Part shown: piece by piece, positions 1 through 14,004 of the stretch
Numbering within the stretch: position 1 is the first letter of the stretch
How the letters are laid out: every line of letters starts with the position of its first letter
NCBI RefSeq assembly: GCF_963921235.1
Contig: NC_086097.1
Coordinates: 251,040,001 to 251,104,000, forward strand
Length of the DNA stretch: 64,000 nucleotides
Origin: Mobula hypostoma
Lineage: Eukaryota
Direction: 5' to 3'
Program-made: the position numbers and the translations under genes
Notes under the pieces: model-generated
What the model saw: only the letters and a program-made list of their open reading frames with translations
What the model was told of the DNA's origin: nothing
Databases searched by the model: none

Positions 1-800
1 GTGTGTCCTCATAATCTAAAAACAATCAAAAGCACATTAAAACTGTTGGAATCATAGTGTTTCTGGGAATAATGTGGAAGGTGCAGGATCAGTTCATTCC
101 AAAAAGGAAGAAAGATCCTAAGGGGAGTAAGGGGAGGCTGTGGCTGACAAGGGAAATAAAGGACAGTATAAAAATAAAAGAGAAGAAGTATAACATAGCA
201 AAGATGAGTGGGAAGCCGGAGGATTGGGAAACTTTTAAAGAGCAACAGAAGGTAACTAAAAAGGCAATACGCAGAGAAAAACTGAGGTACGAACGTAAAC
301 TAGACAAGAATATAAAGGAGGATAGTAAAAGCTTCTTTAGGTATGTGAAAAGGAAAAAAATAGTTAAGAGCAAAATTGGGCCCTTGAAGACAGAAGCAGG
401 TGAATTTATTATGGGGAACAAGGAAATGGCAGACGAGTTGAACAGGTACTTTGGATCTGTCTTCACTAGGGAAGACACAAACAATCTCCCAGATGTAATA
501 GTGGCCAAAGGATCTAGGGTAATGGATGAATTGAAGGAAATTTATATTAGGCAGGAAATGGTGTTGGATAAGCTGTTGGGCCTGATGGTCTGCATCCCAG
601 GGTACTTAAGGAGGTGGCTTTAGAAATTGTGGACGCATTGGTAATAATTTTCCAATGTTCTATAGATTCAGGATCAATTCCTGTGGATTGGAGGGTGGCT
701 AATGTTGTCCCTCTCTTCAAGAAGGGAGGAAGAGAGAAAACAGGAAATTATAGACCGATTAGCCTAACGTCAGTGGTGGGAAAGATGCTGGAGTCAATTA
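1..800 (+). mobile_element. CR1 ORF2 fragment
   Basis: KSFFRYVK...NYRPISLTSVVGK. Confidence 0.85.
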
Positions 801-3235
801 TCCTTTCCAATAGTCTGCAGACTACCGATGTAAGACTCACCGGTCTATAGTTCCCAGGATTCTCCCTATTACCTTTTGTAAACAAGGGAACTACATTTGC
901 CATTCTCCAATCCTCCGGCACTTCCCCTGCAGCCAAAGAGGATTCAAAGATCATAGCTACTGCTCCAACGATCTCTTCTCTCACTTTACACAGCAACCTG
1001 GGGTATATCACATCCAGCCCTGGGGACTTATCGATCTTGATGTTTTTAAGAAGATCCAATACTTCTTCTTCCTTAATCTCCACATTGTCCAGCACACAGA
1101 CCTGTTCTATTTCGACCTCACCCTGATCAAGGTCCTTTTCACTTGTGAATACTGAAGCAAAGTATTCACTTAGGACCTCCCCAACCTCTTCCGGCTCCAG
1201 GCACATGTTGCCTTCTTTATCCGTTAGCGGCCCCACCTTCATTCTTGTCATCCTTCTGTTCTTCACTTACGCATAGAACGCCTTGGGGTTCTCCTTAATC
1301 CTACATGCCAAGGCCTTCTCATGCCCCCTTTGAGCTCTCCTAAGTCCTTTCTTAAGCTCCTTCCTGGCTACCCTATATTTCTCATGAGCCCCTCCTGCTT
1401 CCTGCTTCTTATATCTAACATATGCTTCCTTCTTCCTCTTGACGAATTGCCTCACTTGTTTCATCAGCCATGGTTCCCTTTTCCTACCATTTTTTCCTTG
1501 TCTCAGTGGGACAAACCTGTCCTGAACCCAGCACAAGTGGTCCCTAAGCTTCCTCCACATTACCTCTGTGCTTTCACCCTTGAACATGTCTCCAATATAA
1601 TCTCGCTAGTTCCTGCCTCATCCCTTCATAGTTAGCCCTTCCCCAGTTAAGCACTTGCCCATTTTGTCTGTTTTTATCCTTTTCCATAGCTATGCTAAAG
1701 CTAAGGAAGTTGTGGTCACTCTCACCAAAATGCTCCCCCACCAAGAGGTCTGCCACCTGACCAGGTTCATTACCCAGAACTAGATCCAGTATGGCCTCTT
1801 CTCTCATTGTCCGGTCCACATACTGTGTAAGGAATCCTTCTTGAACACACCTGACAAATTCAGTCCCATTTATCCCCCTTGCAGTCAGGAGGTGCCAGTC
1901 AATATGAGGGAAGTTGAAATCACCCTGTATTTCCTGCACCATTCTAAAATCTGCATGCTTATCTGCTCCTCGGTGTCCCGAGGGCTATTTGGGGGCCTAT
2001 AGACTACTCCCAGCACAGTGATTGATCCCTTCCTATTTCTGACTTCCACCCACACTGACTCAGTGGACACTCCCTCCGCAGCGTCCTCCCTTTCTATAGC
2101 CATGATACTATCCCTGACCAGTAATGCTACTCCCCCACTTTTCTACCTCCCATCCTATTCCTTTAAAACACCTAAACCCCGGTACCTGCATCAGCCAATC
2201 CTGCCCTTCCTACAGCCAAGTTTCAGTAATGGCCACAACATCGTAGTTCCACGTACTGATCCATGCTCTAAGTTCATCCCCTTTATTCCTAATACTCCTA
2301 GCATTGAAATAGACACACTTCAACCCCTCTAACTGGCTACATTTATGTTTTGTCCCCTGCCTGTCCTTCCTCACCAACTCAGAACACATAGCATCATGCC
2401 CTTGTCCTTCTACCCTAATCTCTGCACTCACATTCTGATTCCCAACCCCCTGCCAAACTAGTTTAAAACCTCCCCAACAACTCTACCAAACCTGTCCACC
2501 AGGATATTGGTCCCTTTCCAGTTCAGGTGCAGCCCGTCCTTTTTGTATGGGTCAGACCTTCCCCAGAAGAGATCCCAATGATCCAGAAATTTGAACCCTT
2601 GCCACCTGCACCAAATCTTCAGCCATGCATTCATCTGCCATAAATTCCTGTTCCTACCCTCTCTGTCTCATGGCACAGGCAGCATCCCGAGATTACCACC
2701 CTTGAGGTCCTGCTTTTTAACTTCTTTCCTAACTCCCTATATTCCTTCTTCAGGACCTCATCCCTACTCCTATCTATGTCATTGGTCCCCACGTGGACCA
2801 CAGCATCTGGCTGCTCACCCTCTCTCCTGAGAATACCGAGAACTTGATCCGAGATATCGCGGACCCTGGCACCAGGGAGACACAGACCATCCGGGATTCT
2901 CGATCTCTCCCACAGAACTTCTTATTTGTCCCCCTAACTATCGAATCCCCTATCACTACTGCTCTCCTCTTTTCCCTCCTTCCTTTCTGAGCTGAGGGTC
3001 CAGTCTCAGTGCCAGAGACGCAACCACTGCAACTTGTGCCTGGTAGGCCGTCCCCACCAACAGTATCCAAAACAGTATACTTATTGTTGATGGGAATGGC
3101 CACAGGGGTGCTCTGCTCGTTCTGTCTATTCCCCTTCCCTCTCCTGACAGTCACCCAGTTACATGTCTCCTGACTTTTAGGGGTGACCGTCTCCCTGAAA
3201 CACCGCTCTATTACTGCCTCTGCCTCCTGAATGAT
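800..3235 (-). mobile_element. CR1 fragment with ORF1 esterase and ORF2 APE
   Basis: AVVIGDSIVRG (ORF1); YFNARSIRNK, ITETWL, GDFN, ESDH and NYRPVSLTS (ORF2). Confidence 0.85.
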
Positions 3236-3249
3236 GCAAAGTTCATCGA

Positions 3250-4200
3250 GCTCATCAATCTGTGTTCCCAGATCCCTTTGTTCTACTGCACTCCATTCAC
3301 TGTTCCCTTCTTGTCACTGCAAAAGACTTACCCTGGTTCATCATACAGAAGTGCAACACATTGCACTTGTCTGCATTAAATTCCATCTGCCATTTTTCAG
3401 CCCATTTTCCCAGGTGATCCAGATGCAAGCCATGATGGGCTTCCTCACTGTCCACTACTTCTTCAAGCTTGGTGTCATACACAAATTTGGTCATCCAGTT
3501 TACCACATTATCATGCAGATCATTGGTATAGATGACAAACAACAAAGGATCCAGCACTGATCTCTGTGGTACACCACTAGTCACAGGCCTCCAGTCAGAG
3601 AGGCAACCCTCTACTACCACTCCCTGGCGTCTCCTAGAAAGGCAATATCTACTACCACTCCCTGGCGTCTCCTAGAAAGGCAATATCTAATCCAATTTAC
3701 TATCTCACCCTGAATACTGAGCAACTGAACCTCCTTGACCAACCCCTCATGTGGGACCTGGACAACAGCCTTACTAAAGTCCATGTAGACAACATCCACT
3801 GCCTTGCCTTCATCAACTTTCCTAGCAACTTCTTCAAAAAAACTCTCTAAGATTGGTTAGACACAACCAACCACACACAAAATATTGATTAACCCAAATC
3901 AGTCCCTGTCTCTCCAAATACTTATATATCTGGTCCCTTAGAATACCCTCCAATAACTTTCCCACTACTGATGTCAGGTTTACCGGTCTATAATTTTCTG
4001 GTTTATATTTAGAGCCTTTCTTAAACAGTGGAACAACATTGGCTTTCCTCCATTCCTCTGGTACCTCTCCTGTTGCTAAGGATGATTTAAATATCTCTGC
4101 TAGGGCCCTGACAATTTCTGCACTTGCCTCCCTTGGGGTCTGACGGAACACCTTGTCAGGCCCTGGGGATATTTATCCACTCTAATTTGTCTCAAGATAG
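3250..4200 (-). mobile_element. CR1 RT fragment
   Basis: NYRPVNLTSVVGK, YMDFSKA, SGVPQ, WAEKWQMEFN. Confidence 0.85.
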
Positions 4201-4335
4201 CAAATACACAACTTATTTTTACAAACATTTTTTATATACATCTGGCAAGGCTAGTATCTATTACTCCTCCCAATTGCCCTTGAGATGTTTTTGAACTGCC
4301 TATTTGAAATGCTGCAGTTCTCATGGGGAAGGTAT

Positions 4336-4898
4336 TGTGGGACCTGTGGTAAGGCAAGGATTGAAAACAATGTTCAGGCGAGGATGACTACGGTGGTGTG
4401 TAGTCAAACCCAGATAAGAGAGATCTTTGAAGCGAGACCACCGAAGGCACCTCTGTTTATTACAGACGAGTTAGATGGGGGTGACTGTGACAGACGACTG
4501 AGACCCTAAACAATAGAGGGTGCCGGAGACAGACATGATAGGAATAATGGAAGGATGTGAAACACACCCATCAACCAAGGGACTTAAAAATACTAACTTA
4601 AAGTAGCATCGGTTTCCAAATTGTAGCTTCTATTGACTTTTAACACCTCTGTTGTGAAAGGTGATTGATCTTGCAAGTAGGGAGTTCAAACATATACAAT
4701 TTACCAAATGATCAATATCCATTACTCATGAGCCAGTTCTGTATAAAAGTATCAGTTTTCTGTCCTGGCTTCACAACAGTGTGGGAGACAGAGGTCATGG
4801 GTTCTCCTTGTGCACAAGTAACTAAAGTATGATTGAGTCCTAAGAACGCATGTGTCCTGGGCCTAGTTACCTTAATTATTTTATTATTGGCAATGATA
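4336..4898 (+). mobile_element. Probable solo LTR (563 bp)
   Basis: Starts TG and ends TA, probably a mutated CA. 4-bp TSD GTAT at 4332-4335 and 4899-4902. TATAAAAG at about 4743 and a polyA-like ACTAAA at about 4821. Confidence 0.55.
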
Positions 4899-5735
4899 GT
4901 ATTCCTATACTACTGCTGAGGAGGGAGTTGCAGGATTTAGACCAAGTACTGCACTGGCTTGAAGGGGAGCTGACAAATACGTTAGTTCTTGCTTCTTTGG
5001 TAGGACCTGTTTAACTTCAGTTATTTCCTAGGTAAATCACTTTAGTGCATTTTGGATCGATTTTGGAGGGATGAACATGCAAGGAAGTTTATAGAGCATC
5101 AGTCATACATTCTGCTTTGCATTGACTTTAATTTTTAAAAAAATCTAATTTTAAATAGGTTCCATTATCAGACAATTAAGTTATTAATTAGTTTATTAAT
5201 GTACAATACTGCAAGTCTGGTTCACTGGCTCAATAGCAAGACCAAAACTTGCGTCGCCTCGGTTGTTGAGTGGACCAGGCCCTCACACCATGGTGTCGCC
5301 TGTTACAGCCGCCAAGATAGTGTGGGAGAGAGCAGGAGCCTCTGTGAGCACGCTGGCATCCATACTGGATTGGCAGCTGGACCCTCCTGTTGGTATATGC
5401 TTAGTGCTGGTCTCCAGTGTTTGCTCAGTGGAAAGACAGGCTGGACAAGGATAACATCCTCTACACCATTAATCTACAGGCCACACCACTCAAAGACTTG
5501 GGCTATACATTTTTTTTGCGTGACTGAATGTTTTCTGCTATCATAACTATATGTGCTATATGCTGCTGGTACTGTATCTTGCACGTTGGCCCCAGAGGAA
5601 TGCTGTTTCGTTTGGCTGTATTCATGTAAGGTTGAACGATAATTAAATTGAACTTTAGTTCATCTAAAATTTAGTAAAGAAGTTATTTATGAAAACCCAC
5701 ATTGGCTGAGGGAAATACTGTACGTATTCACAACA

Positions 5736-6315
5736 TCATTTATCTTGGGAAACAGGCAATCCTTGTTGCAATCTTTCTGCCTTTAATTCTTCCACCCTGA
5801 TTTTTGCCCTTAACAAGTCTTCCTCTAATGCTTGTTTTCTCTTAAGGCTTTCTCTTTTTTCATCAAGGTATAGTCCAAACTTCCTCTGATTTTCCATAAT
5901 TATCTCATGTTCCTCTGCTGACATCCACTGTAGTTCTCCATCCTCATGTCCGGTCACGGGATGTGAAGAACCTTGGTGACGGCGTTGATGCCTGACCAAA
6001 AAATCTTCTCTTCTTGCGGGTCGAGGGGATGGCGTTAGGGATACCTGTTCCTCGCAGGAGGAAAACGGTGTAGCAGAGCCATTTGTGGCCTCCGGAGTCT
6101 CCTTCCTCTTCTGCTGCTCAGCACTCTCACTTGGTTGTGATGGAAGAGTTAATACTGGAGGAGGCTTTTCCTCAGGTTCAGGTTCCGCTTCTGACTCTGG
6201 CGTAATCCAATCAGAGCAGGAGTGAGATGGATGACCAGAGGTTCCAGACTGAGGATGCAAGCTGGCAGGTTGTTCCACACAAGAACCTTGTTCAGATGCA
6301 GAATTTCCACCAAGC
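5736..6315 (-). CDS. FSBP: FSBP coding exon 2 (C-terminal coiled coil, stop codon)
   Basis: Acceptor tgttctttAG|G at 6316/6315 is phase-compatible with exon 1 (AG+G = Arg). Encodes EEHEIIMENQRKFGLYLDEKRESLKRKQALEEDLLRAKIRVEELKA, matching the recalled FSBP C-terminus. TGA at 5738-5736. Spliced CDS is 963 nt (320 aa) with a 13,879-nt intron. Confidence 0.92.
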
Positions 6316-6376
6316 CTAAAGAACAGATACATATAGATAAAACTGATGCAATGGATTGGAGGAAACCATTAAAATA

Positions 6377-7070
6377 CCGTGGATTCCAGTTAATAGGGTC
6401 ATCGATTGAACGGGACAGCCACTTATTTGGGACAACCCTGAAAGAACAAAAACCAATCAAGCAAATTACCGAGATTCCCTTAGTTTATTTGGGACACCAT
6501 GCTCTTAATTGGGACAGGAGACTGTTACCAAGCAGATTCTAACCAGCGTCAGTCGTGTGCACTTGTGTGGCCATTATAGTCATACTTTATTGATCCCGGG
6601 GGAAATTGGTTTTCATTACAGTTGCACCATAAATAAATAAATAGTAATAAAACCATAAATAGTTAAATAGTAATATGAATTACACACTACAGAGCAAACA
6701 GTTTTTAAAATAGTGTCAGTTGCACGTGCATCTGTTAGGTTATCGATTTGGGCTGACGGACACAGACTCAAAAAGCAGCGATTTGTGAACATTGTGTTTA
6801 TTATTTTGACTTCATGCAGGAAGGCAATGAAGGCAATCTATTATCTGCTCTAGGTGTCTACGCTGATTTTGTTCATTTACAGTCGATCAAAAAGAACACG
6901 GTAGCGTACACTGGATGAATTCCTCTGTCAATAACGATTAGTAACTAATACACAGTTCTATTGTATCGTAGTAGTATTGATAGTGTTCTAATTTGTTCTG
7001 AATTTCATTTAAATGCATAATTTGTTACTCAGTTAAATGGTAGTTTGCCATTTTTTAAAACACCAAATAT
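6377..7070. mobile_element. Possible Tc1/pogo-type non-autonomous DNA transposon fragment with a Rex tail inserted at about 6575-6680
   Basis: TA followed by CCGTGGATTCCAGTTAA, which resembles a TIR. The opposite end was not identified. Confidence 0.35.
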
Positions 7071-7139
7071 TTTGAAGTAGCTAACAACAAAATAACAAAT
7101 GCTGATGCAGTCCTTCTGGTGAAGATAAAGTCATAAAAG

Positions 7140-10100
7140 ATAGAAGTACAGCAAAGAAACCAGCCCTTTGGCCCATCTATTCCGTGCTGAAACTATTTAA
7201 ACTGCCTAATCCCATCCACCACTGGGAGCATAGCCCTCTAAATCCTTATTATCCATGTACCTATCCAAACTTCTTTTAAATGTTGAAATTGAGCTTGCAT
7301 GCACCACTTATGCAGGCAGCATATCTTACATTCTCAGAACCCTCTGAGTGAAGAAGTTTCCCCTCGTGGTCCCCTTCAACTTTTCACCTTTCACTCTTAA
7401 CCCATGACCTCCAGCTGTAGTCCCACCCAACCTCAGGTGGAAAAAGTCTGCACTTACCCTATCTATACCTCTCATAATTTTGTATACCTCTATCAAATCT
7501 CCTCTCAATCTTCTAAAGAATACAATCCTAACCTATTCAATCTTTCCTTATAACTCAGGTCCTCCAGACCCAGCATCATCCTTGTAAATTTTCTCTGTGC
7601 TCTTTCAACCTTGCTTACATCTTTCCTGTAGGTAGGTAACCAAAACTGCACACAATACTCCAAATTAGACCTCACCAATGCCTTATACAACTTCAGCATG
7701 ACACCCCATCTTCTACACTCAGTATATTGAATTATAGAAACACAGAAAATAGGTGCAGGAGTTCGGCCCTTCGAGCCTGCACCGCCATTCAGTATGATCC
7801 TGGCTGATCATCCAACTCAGAACCCTGTACCAGCCTTCCCTCCATACCCCCTGATCCCTTTAGCCACAAGGGCCATATCTAACTCCCTCTTAAATATAGC
7901 CAATGAACTGGCCTCAACTGTTTCCTGTGGCAGAGAATTCCACAGATTCACCAATCTCTGTGTGAAGAAGTTTTTCCTAATCTCGGTCCTAAAAGGCTTC
8001 CCCTTTATCCTCAAACTGTGACCCCTCGTTCTGGAGACCAATGTGCCAAAATGTTTCTTTACAACCCTATCTACATGTGATGCCACTTTCAATGAATTAT
8101 AGACCTGCACTCCCAGATCCCTTTGTTCTACCACACTCGTCAGTGCTCTACTGTTCACTGTGCAAGAACTGGCTGATCCTACTGAAGTACAAATTCCACC
8201 TCCCATTTTTCCAGCTGATGCAGACCCCTCTGTAAGCTATGATAGTCTCCCTCACTGTCCAGTACACTCGCCAATTTTGGTGTCATCTGCAAATTTGCTG
8301 ATTCAGTTAACTACATAATGATCCAGATCAATGATATAGATGACAAACAACAGAGGATCCCTGCGGCACTCCGTTAGTCACAGGCCTCCAACTGAGAGAC
8401 AACCATCTACTACCACTCTCTGGCTTCTCCCTCAAAGCTAATGTCTACGACCTCATCCTGAACGCCAAGCGATTGAATCCTTGACTAGCCTCCCATGCAG
8501 GACGATGTCAAATAAGACCATCAGATATAGGAGCAGAACTAGGTTATTTGGTCGTCAAGTCTACTCCATAATTTCATCATGGCTGATTCATTTTCCTCTC
8601 AGCCCCAATATCCTGCCTTCACCCACATATCCCTTCATGTCGTGATCTATCAAGAATCTATCAACATCTGCCTTAAATATACATAAAGACTTGGCCTCCA
8701 CAGCTACCTGTGGCAATGAATTCCACAGATTCACCACTCTCTGGCTAAAGAAATTCCTCCTCATCTCTGTTCTAAATGGACACCCCTCTATTCTGAGGCA
8801 GTATCCTCTGGTTTTAGACTCTCCCACCATACAAAACATCCTCTCCACATCCAGTCCATCAAGGCCTTTCACTATTTGATAGGGTTCAATTCAGTCACCC
8901 CCCATTCTGCTGAATTCCAGTGAATACAGGCCCAGAGCCATCAAATGCTCTTCATGACTAGCCATTCAATCCTGGAATCATTTTCGTGAATCTCCTTTAA
9001 ACCCTCTCCAGTTTCAGCACATCCTTTCTAAGAAAGGAGCCCAAACCTGCTCACAAACTTAGAGGTGTCACCAGTGCTTTATAAAATTTCAACTTTACAT
9101 CCTTGCTTCTAGAAACATAGAAAATAGGTGCAGGAGTAGGCCATTCGGCCCTTCGAGCCTGTACCGCCATTCAGTATGATCATGGCTGATCATCCAACTC
9201 AGAACCCTGTATTAGCCTTCCCTCCATACCCCCTGATTCCTTTAGTCGCAAGGGCCATATCCAACTCCCTCTTAAATATAGCCAATGAACTGGCCTCAAC
9301 TGTTTCCTGTGGCAGAGAATTCCACAGATTCACCACTCTCTGTGTGAAGAAGTTTTTCCTAATCTCGGTCCTAAAAGGCGTCCCCTTTATCCTCAAACTG
9401 TGACCCCTCGTTCTGGACTTCCCCAACATCGGGAACAATCTTCCTGCATCTAGCCTGTCCAATCCCTTTAGGATTTTATACGTTTCAATAAGATCCCCCA
9501 TCAATCTTCTAATTTCCAACGAGTACAAGCCTAGTCGATCCAGTCTTTCATCATATGAAAGTCCTGCCATCCCAGGAATCAATCTGGTGAACTTCTTTGT
9601 ATTCCCTCTATGGCAAGGATGTCTTTCCTCAGATTAGGGGACCAAAACTACACACAATACTCCAGGTGTAGTCTCACCAAGGCCTTGTACAACTGCAGTA
9701 GTACCTCCCTGCTCCTGTACTCGAATCCTCTTGCTATGAATGCCAGCATACCATTCGCCTTTTTCACCGCCTGCTGTACCTGCATGCCCACTTTCAATGA
9801 CTGGCGTACAATGACACCCAGATCTCGTTGCACCTCCGCTTTCCATATTCTAGTCCTCTTGAAATGAATGCTAACATCGCATTTGCCTTCTTCACCAATC
9901 TCAACCTGAAAATTAACCTTCAGGAAATCTTGCACAAGGACTCCCAAGTCCCTTTGCAACTCAGGTTTTTGTATTTTCTCCCCATTTAGAAAACAGTTAA
10001 ACCCTTTCATTTCTTCTACCAAAGTGCATGACCATACACTTCCTGACACTGTATTCTATCTGCCACTTCTTTGTCCATTCTCCTAATCTGTCTCAGTCCT

Positions 10101-12210
10101 TCTGTAGCTTCTCTACTTCCTCAGAACTACCTGCCCCTTCACCTATCTTCATTTCACCTGCAAACTTTGCAACAAAGTTATTGACATATAACAGTGAAAC
10201 ACCACTAATTGCTGTCAGCTAGCCAGAAAAGGCTCCCTTTATTGCCATTCTTTGCCTCCTGCCAATCAGCCATTACTTTATCCATGCTGGAAGAATCTAT
10301 CCTGCAATACATGGGCTCGTAGCTTGTTAAGCAGCCTCATCTGGGGCACCTTGTCAAAGGCCTTCTGAAAATCCAAGTATACAACATTAACAATTCTCCT
10401 TTCTGCTTGTTATTTTCTCAAAGAATTCCAACAGATTTGTCAGGCAAGATTTTCCCTTGAGGGAACCATGCTGACTACGGCCTATTTTATCATGGGCTTC
10501 CAAGTACCCTGAGATCTCATCATTAGTAATCAACTCTAACATATTCCCGACCACTGGGGTCAGACTAACTGGCCTATAGTTTCCTTTCTTCGGCCTCTCT
10601 CCTTTCTTGAAGAGTGGAGTGATATTTGCAATTTTCCAGACTTCTGGAACCATTCCAGAATCTAACAATTCTTGAAAGATTATTACTAATGCCTCCAACA
10701 ATACCTTCAGCCACCTCTTTCAGAACTCTGGGGTGTACACCATCTGGTCCAGATCTTTCAGTTTCCCAGATGCCTTACCAAAGACCATGTGGACAATATC
10801 CACTGCTTTGCCTTCATCCACTTTCCTGGTAACTTCCTCTAAAAATCTCTAAAAGAGTGGTTAGATATGATCTACCAAGCATGAAGCCAATCAGTCCATG
10901 TCTATCCAAATATCTATATATCCAGTCCCTTAGAATACCTTCCAATAACTTTCCCACAACTGATGTCAGACACACTGGCCTATAATTTCCTGGTTTCTGT
11001 TTAGAGCCTTTTTTAAAACAGCAGAATAGCATTGGCTATCCTCCAATCATCTGGTACCTCCACTGTCACTAAGGATGTTTTAAATATCTCTGCTAGGGAC
11101 CCAGCAATTTCTGCATTTGCTTCCCTTAGAGTCCAAGGGAACACTTTGTCAAGCCCTGGAGAGTTACCCACCCTGATTTGCCGCAGGATAGCAAACACCT
11201 CCTCCTCTGTAATCTGTACAGGATCCATGAAGTTGATGCTGCTTTGTCTCACTTCTATAGACTCTATGTCACCGTCTCCTGAACAAATACAGGTGCAAAG
11301 CATTCATTTAAGATCTCTCCCATTTGTTTTGGCTCCACACATGGATTACCATTCTGGTCTTCCAGAGGACCAATTTTGTCCCTTGCAATCTATTTGCTCT
11401 TAACATACCTGTAGGATCCCTTAGGATTCTCCTTCACCTTGTCTGCTAGAGTAACTTCATTGCTCCTTTTAGCTTCCCTGATTTCTTTCTTGTTCTCTTG
11501 CATTTCTTGTACTCCATAAGCACCTCATTTGTTCCTATTTGATCTGCTATGCACCTCCTTTGTTCTCTTAACCAGGGTCTCAATATCTCTTGAAAAACAA
11601 GGTTCCCTACGTGTGCTACCTTTACTTTTTATTCTGACAGGCACATAATCTCAAAATTTTGATTTTGAACACCTCCCACTTTCCAAGTACACCTTTGCCA
11701 GAAAACAGCCTGACCCAATCCACACTTGCTGGATCATTTCTGATATCATCAAAATTGGCCTTACTCCAATTTAGAATCTCAACCCGTGGACTGGACCTAT
11801 CTTTTTGCAAATTTACTTTGAAACTAAAGGCGTTGTGGTCACTGAATGCAAAGTGTTCCCCTACACAAACTTCTGTCACCTGTCCTATCTCTTTCCCCTA
11901 ATAGCAGATCAAGTATCACACACTCTTTCATTGGGATTTCTACCTACTGATGAAGGAAACTTTCCTGAGCGCATTTGACAAACTCCATCTCATCTCGTCC
12001 TTTTACAATATGGGATTCCCAGTCAAAATATGGAAAGCTCTATAACAACCTTTTGTTTCTTACAACAGCCTGTGATCTCTTTACAAATTTGTTTCTCTAA
12101 ATCCCTAGGATTATTGGGTGGCCTTTAATTGTAGCCCCATTAACATGGTCATACCTTTCTTGTTTCTCAGTTCTGCCCATAACACCTCACTAGTCGAGTA
12201 CTCCAGTCTC
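7140..12210 (-). mobile_element. Stack of nested CR1 fragments from several subfamilies
   Basis: Repeated RT C-termini (LEYCVQFW, RRNFFSQRVVNLWN), 3' UTR/tails and APE remnants. Segments 7735-8035 and 9110-9420 are near-identical 3' ends. Confidence 0.85.
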
Positions 12211-12419
12211 CTGCTGTGCTGTTGGGTAGGATTTAGACACAGCCACAATGAAGGAAATGGAGGTACATTTCCATATCAGGATGGTCCACTACTTGGAGAG
12301 CGACCTGCAGATGGAAATGTTTCCTTGTGCCCGTTGCCTTTAATCTTCTTGGTGATAGAGGTAGTCTGTCAGACCTACCTGTTCTCTCACAAATTTCTAC
12401 AGATATACTGCAAAGAGCA

Positions 12420-12885
12420 TTCAAATTGAATGCATCACCATCTGATCTGGAGGGGCCACTGTAAAGGATCAGAAAAAGCTGCAGAAAGTTCTAAGTTCAG
12501 CCAGCTCCATCATGGGCACAAGCCTCCCCACCAATGAGGCCATCTTCAAAAGGTGATGCCTCAAAAGGGCAGCATCTATCATCAAGGACCCCATCACCCA
12601 AACAAGCCTTCTCATTGCTACTATTAAAGAGGTGGTTCAGGAGCCCGAAGACACACACTCAAGTATTTTTAGGAACAACTTCTTCCCCCTCACCCATCAG
12701 ATTTCTGAATGGACAATGAACCCATGTACACTACCTCAGTATTTTTTTCTTTTTGTACTACTTAATTATATACAGTTCTTAATATTATTTCTTGTAATTT
12801 ATGACTTTTTGTATTGCACTGTACTGCTGCAGCTAAACAACAAATTTCATGACATATGCCAGTGATATAAACCTGATTCTGATTT
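12420..12885 (+). mobile_element. Rex1/Babar 3' end
   Basis: C-terminal remnant (FRNNFFP) and the 3' UTR motif AACAAATTTCATGACATATGCCAGTGATATAAACCTGATTCTGAT. Confidence 0.65.
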
Positions 12886-13039
12886 CCCAGAAACTCCAAC
12901 CGTTGCTACTCTACCATCATCCTTGTTATTTTCCCCTTCCAGACAATGTTAGCCAACTCCTCACTCATGCCTCTGCAGTTTCCTTCACTCCAATGGAACA
13001 CCAATCCACCCGATTTTAGCTTCTCACTCTCAAACTTTT

Positions 13040-13830
13040 AGAACTGAGATGAAGAGAAATTCCTTTAGCTAGGGAGTGGTGAATCTGTGGAATTATTTGT
13101 CACTGACAGCTGTAGAGGCCAAGTGTTTATGTATATTTAAGGAAGAGATTCTTTAAGGAGGGAACAGATTCTTGATTGGTCAGGACATGAAGGGATATGG
13201 GGAGAATGCAAGAGTGCTAGGCAAACTGAAAGGTCTTAGGGTGGATAAGTCACCTGGACCAGATGGAATACACCCCAGAGTCCTGACAGAAGTTGCTGAA
13301 GAGATAACAAATGCATTGTTCATGATCTCTCAAAAATCACTTGATATTGGCATGATCCCAGAGGGACTAAAAGACTGTAAATGTCAGTCCACTTTTTAGA
13401 GGGAGAACGGTAAAAGAAAGGAAATTATAGGTCAGTTAGCCTAGCCTCAGTGTTTGGGAAAGCGTTGGAGTCTATTATTAAGAATGAGGTTTCAGGGGAT
13501 TTGGAGACTAATTATAAAATAAGTCAAAGTCAGCATGGTTTCTGCCAAGGGAAATCTTGCTTGATAAATCTGTTGGAGTTCTTCGAGGAAGTAACAAACA
13601 GGGTGGACAAAGGAGAGGCAGTGGATGTCATTTATCTGGATTTTCAGAAGGCATTTGATAAGGTGCCGCACATGAGGCTGCTTAACAAGATAAAATCCTT
13701 TGGCATTACAGGAAAGGTACTGGCATGGATAGCGAAGTGGCTGACAGGAAGGAGACAGCGAGTGGGAATGAAGGGGCCTTTTCTGGTTGGCTGCCAGTGG
13801 TGTTCGTCAGTATTGGGACTGCTGCTTCTC
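13040..13830 (+). mobile_element. CR1 fragments
   Basis: DKSPGPDGIHPRVL, YLDFQKAFDKVPH. Confidence 0.85.
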
Positions 13831-14004
13831 ACATTCAAAATGCTGGTAGAACTCAGCAGACCAGGCAGCATCTATGGAAAACCACAGATCTAAAAGATGA
13901 GGGGAGGGGAGAGATAAACACCAAGTGATAGGTGAAACCTGGAGGTGGAGGGCTGAAGTAAAGAGCTGGGATGTTGATTGGTAAGAGACAGAAGGCCATG
14001 GCTG

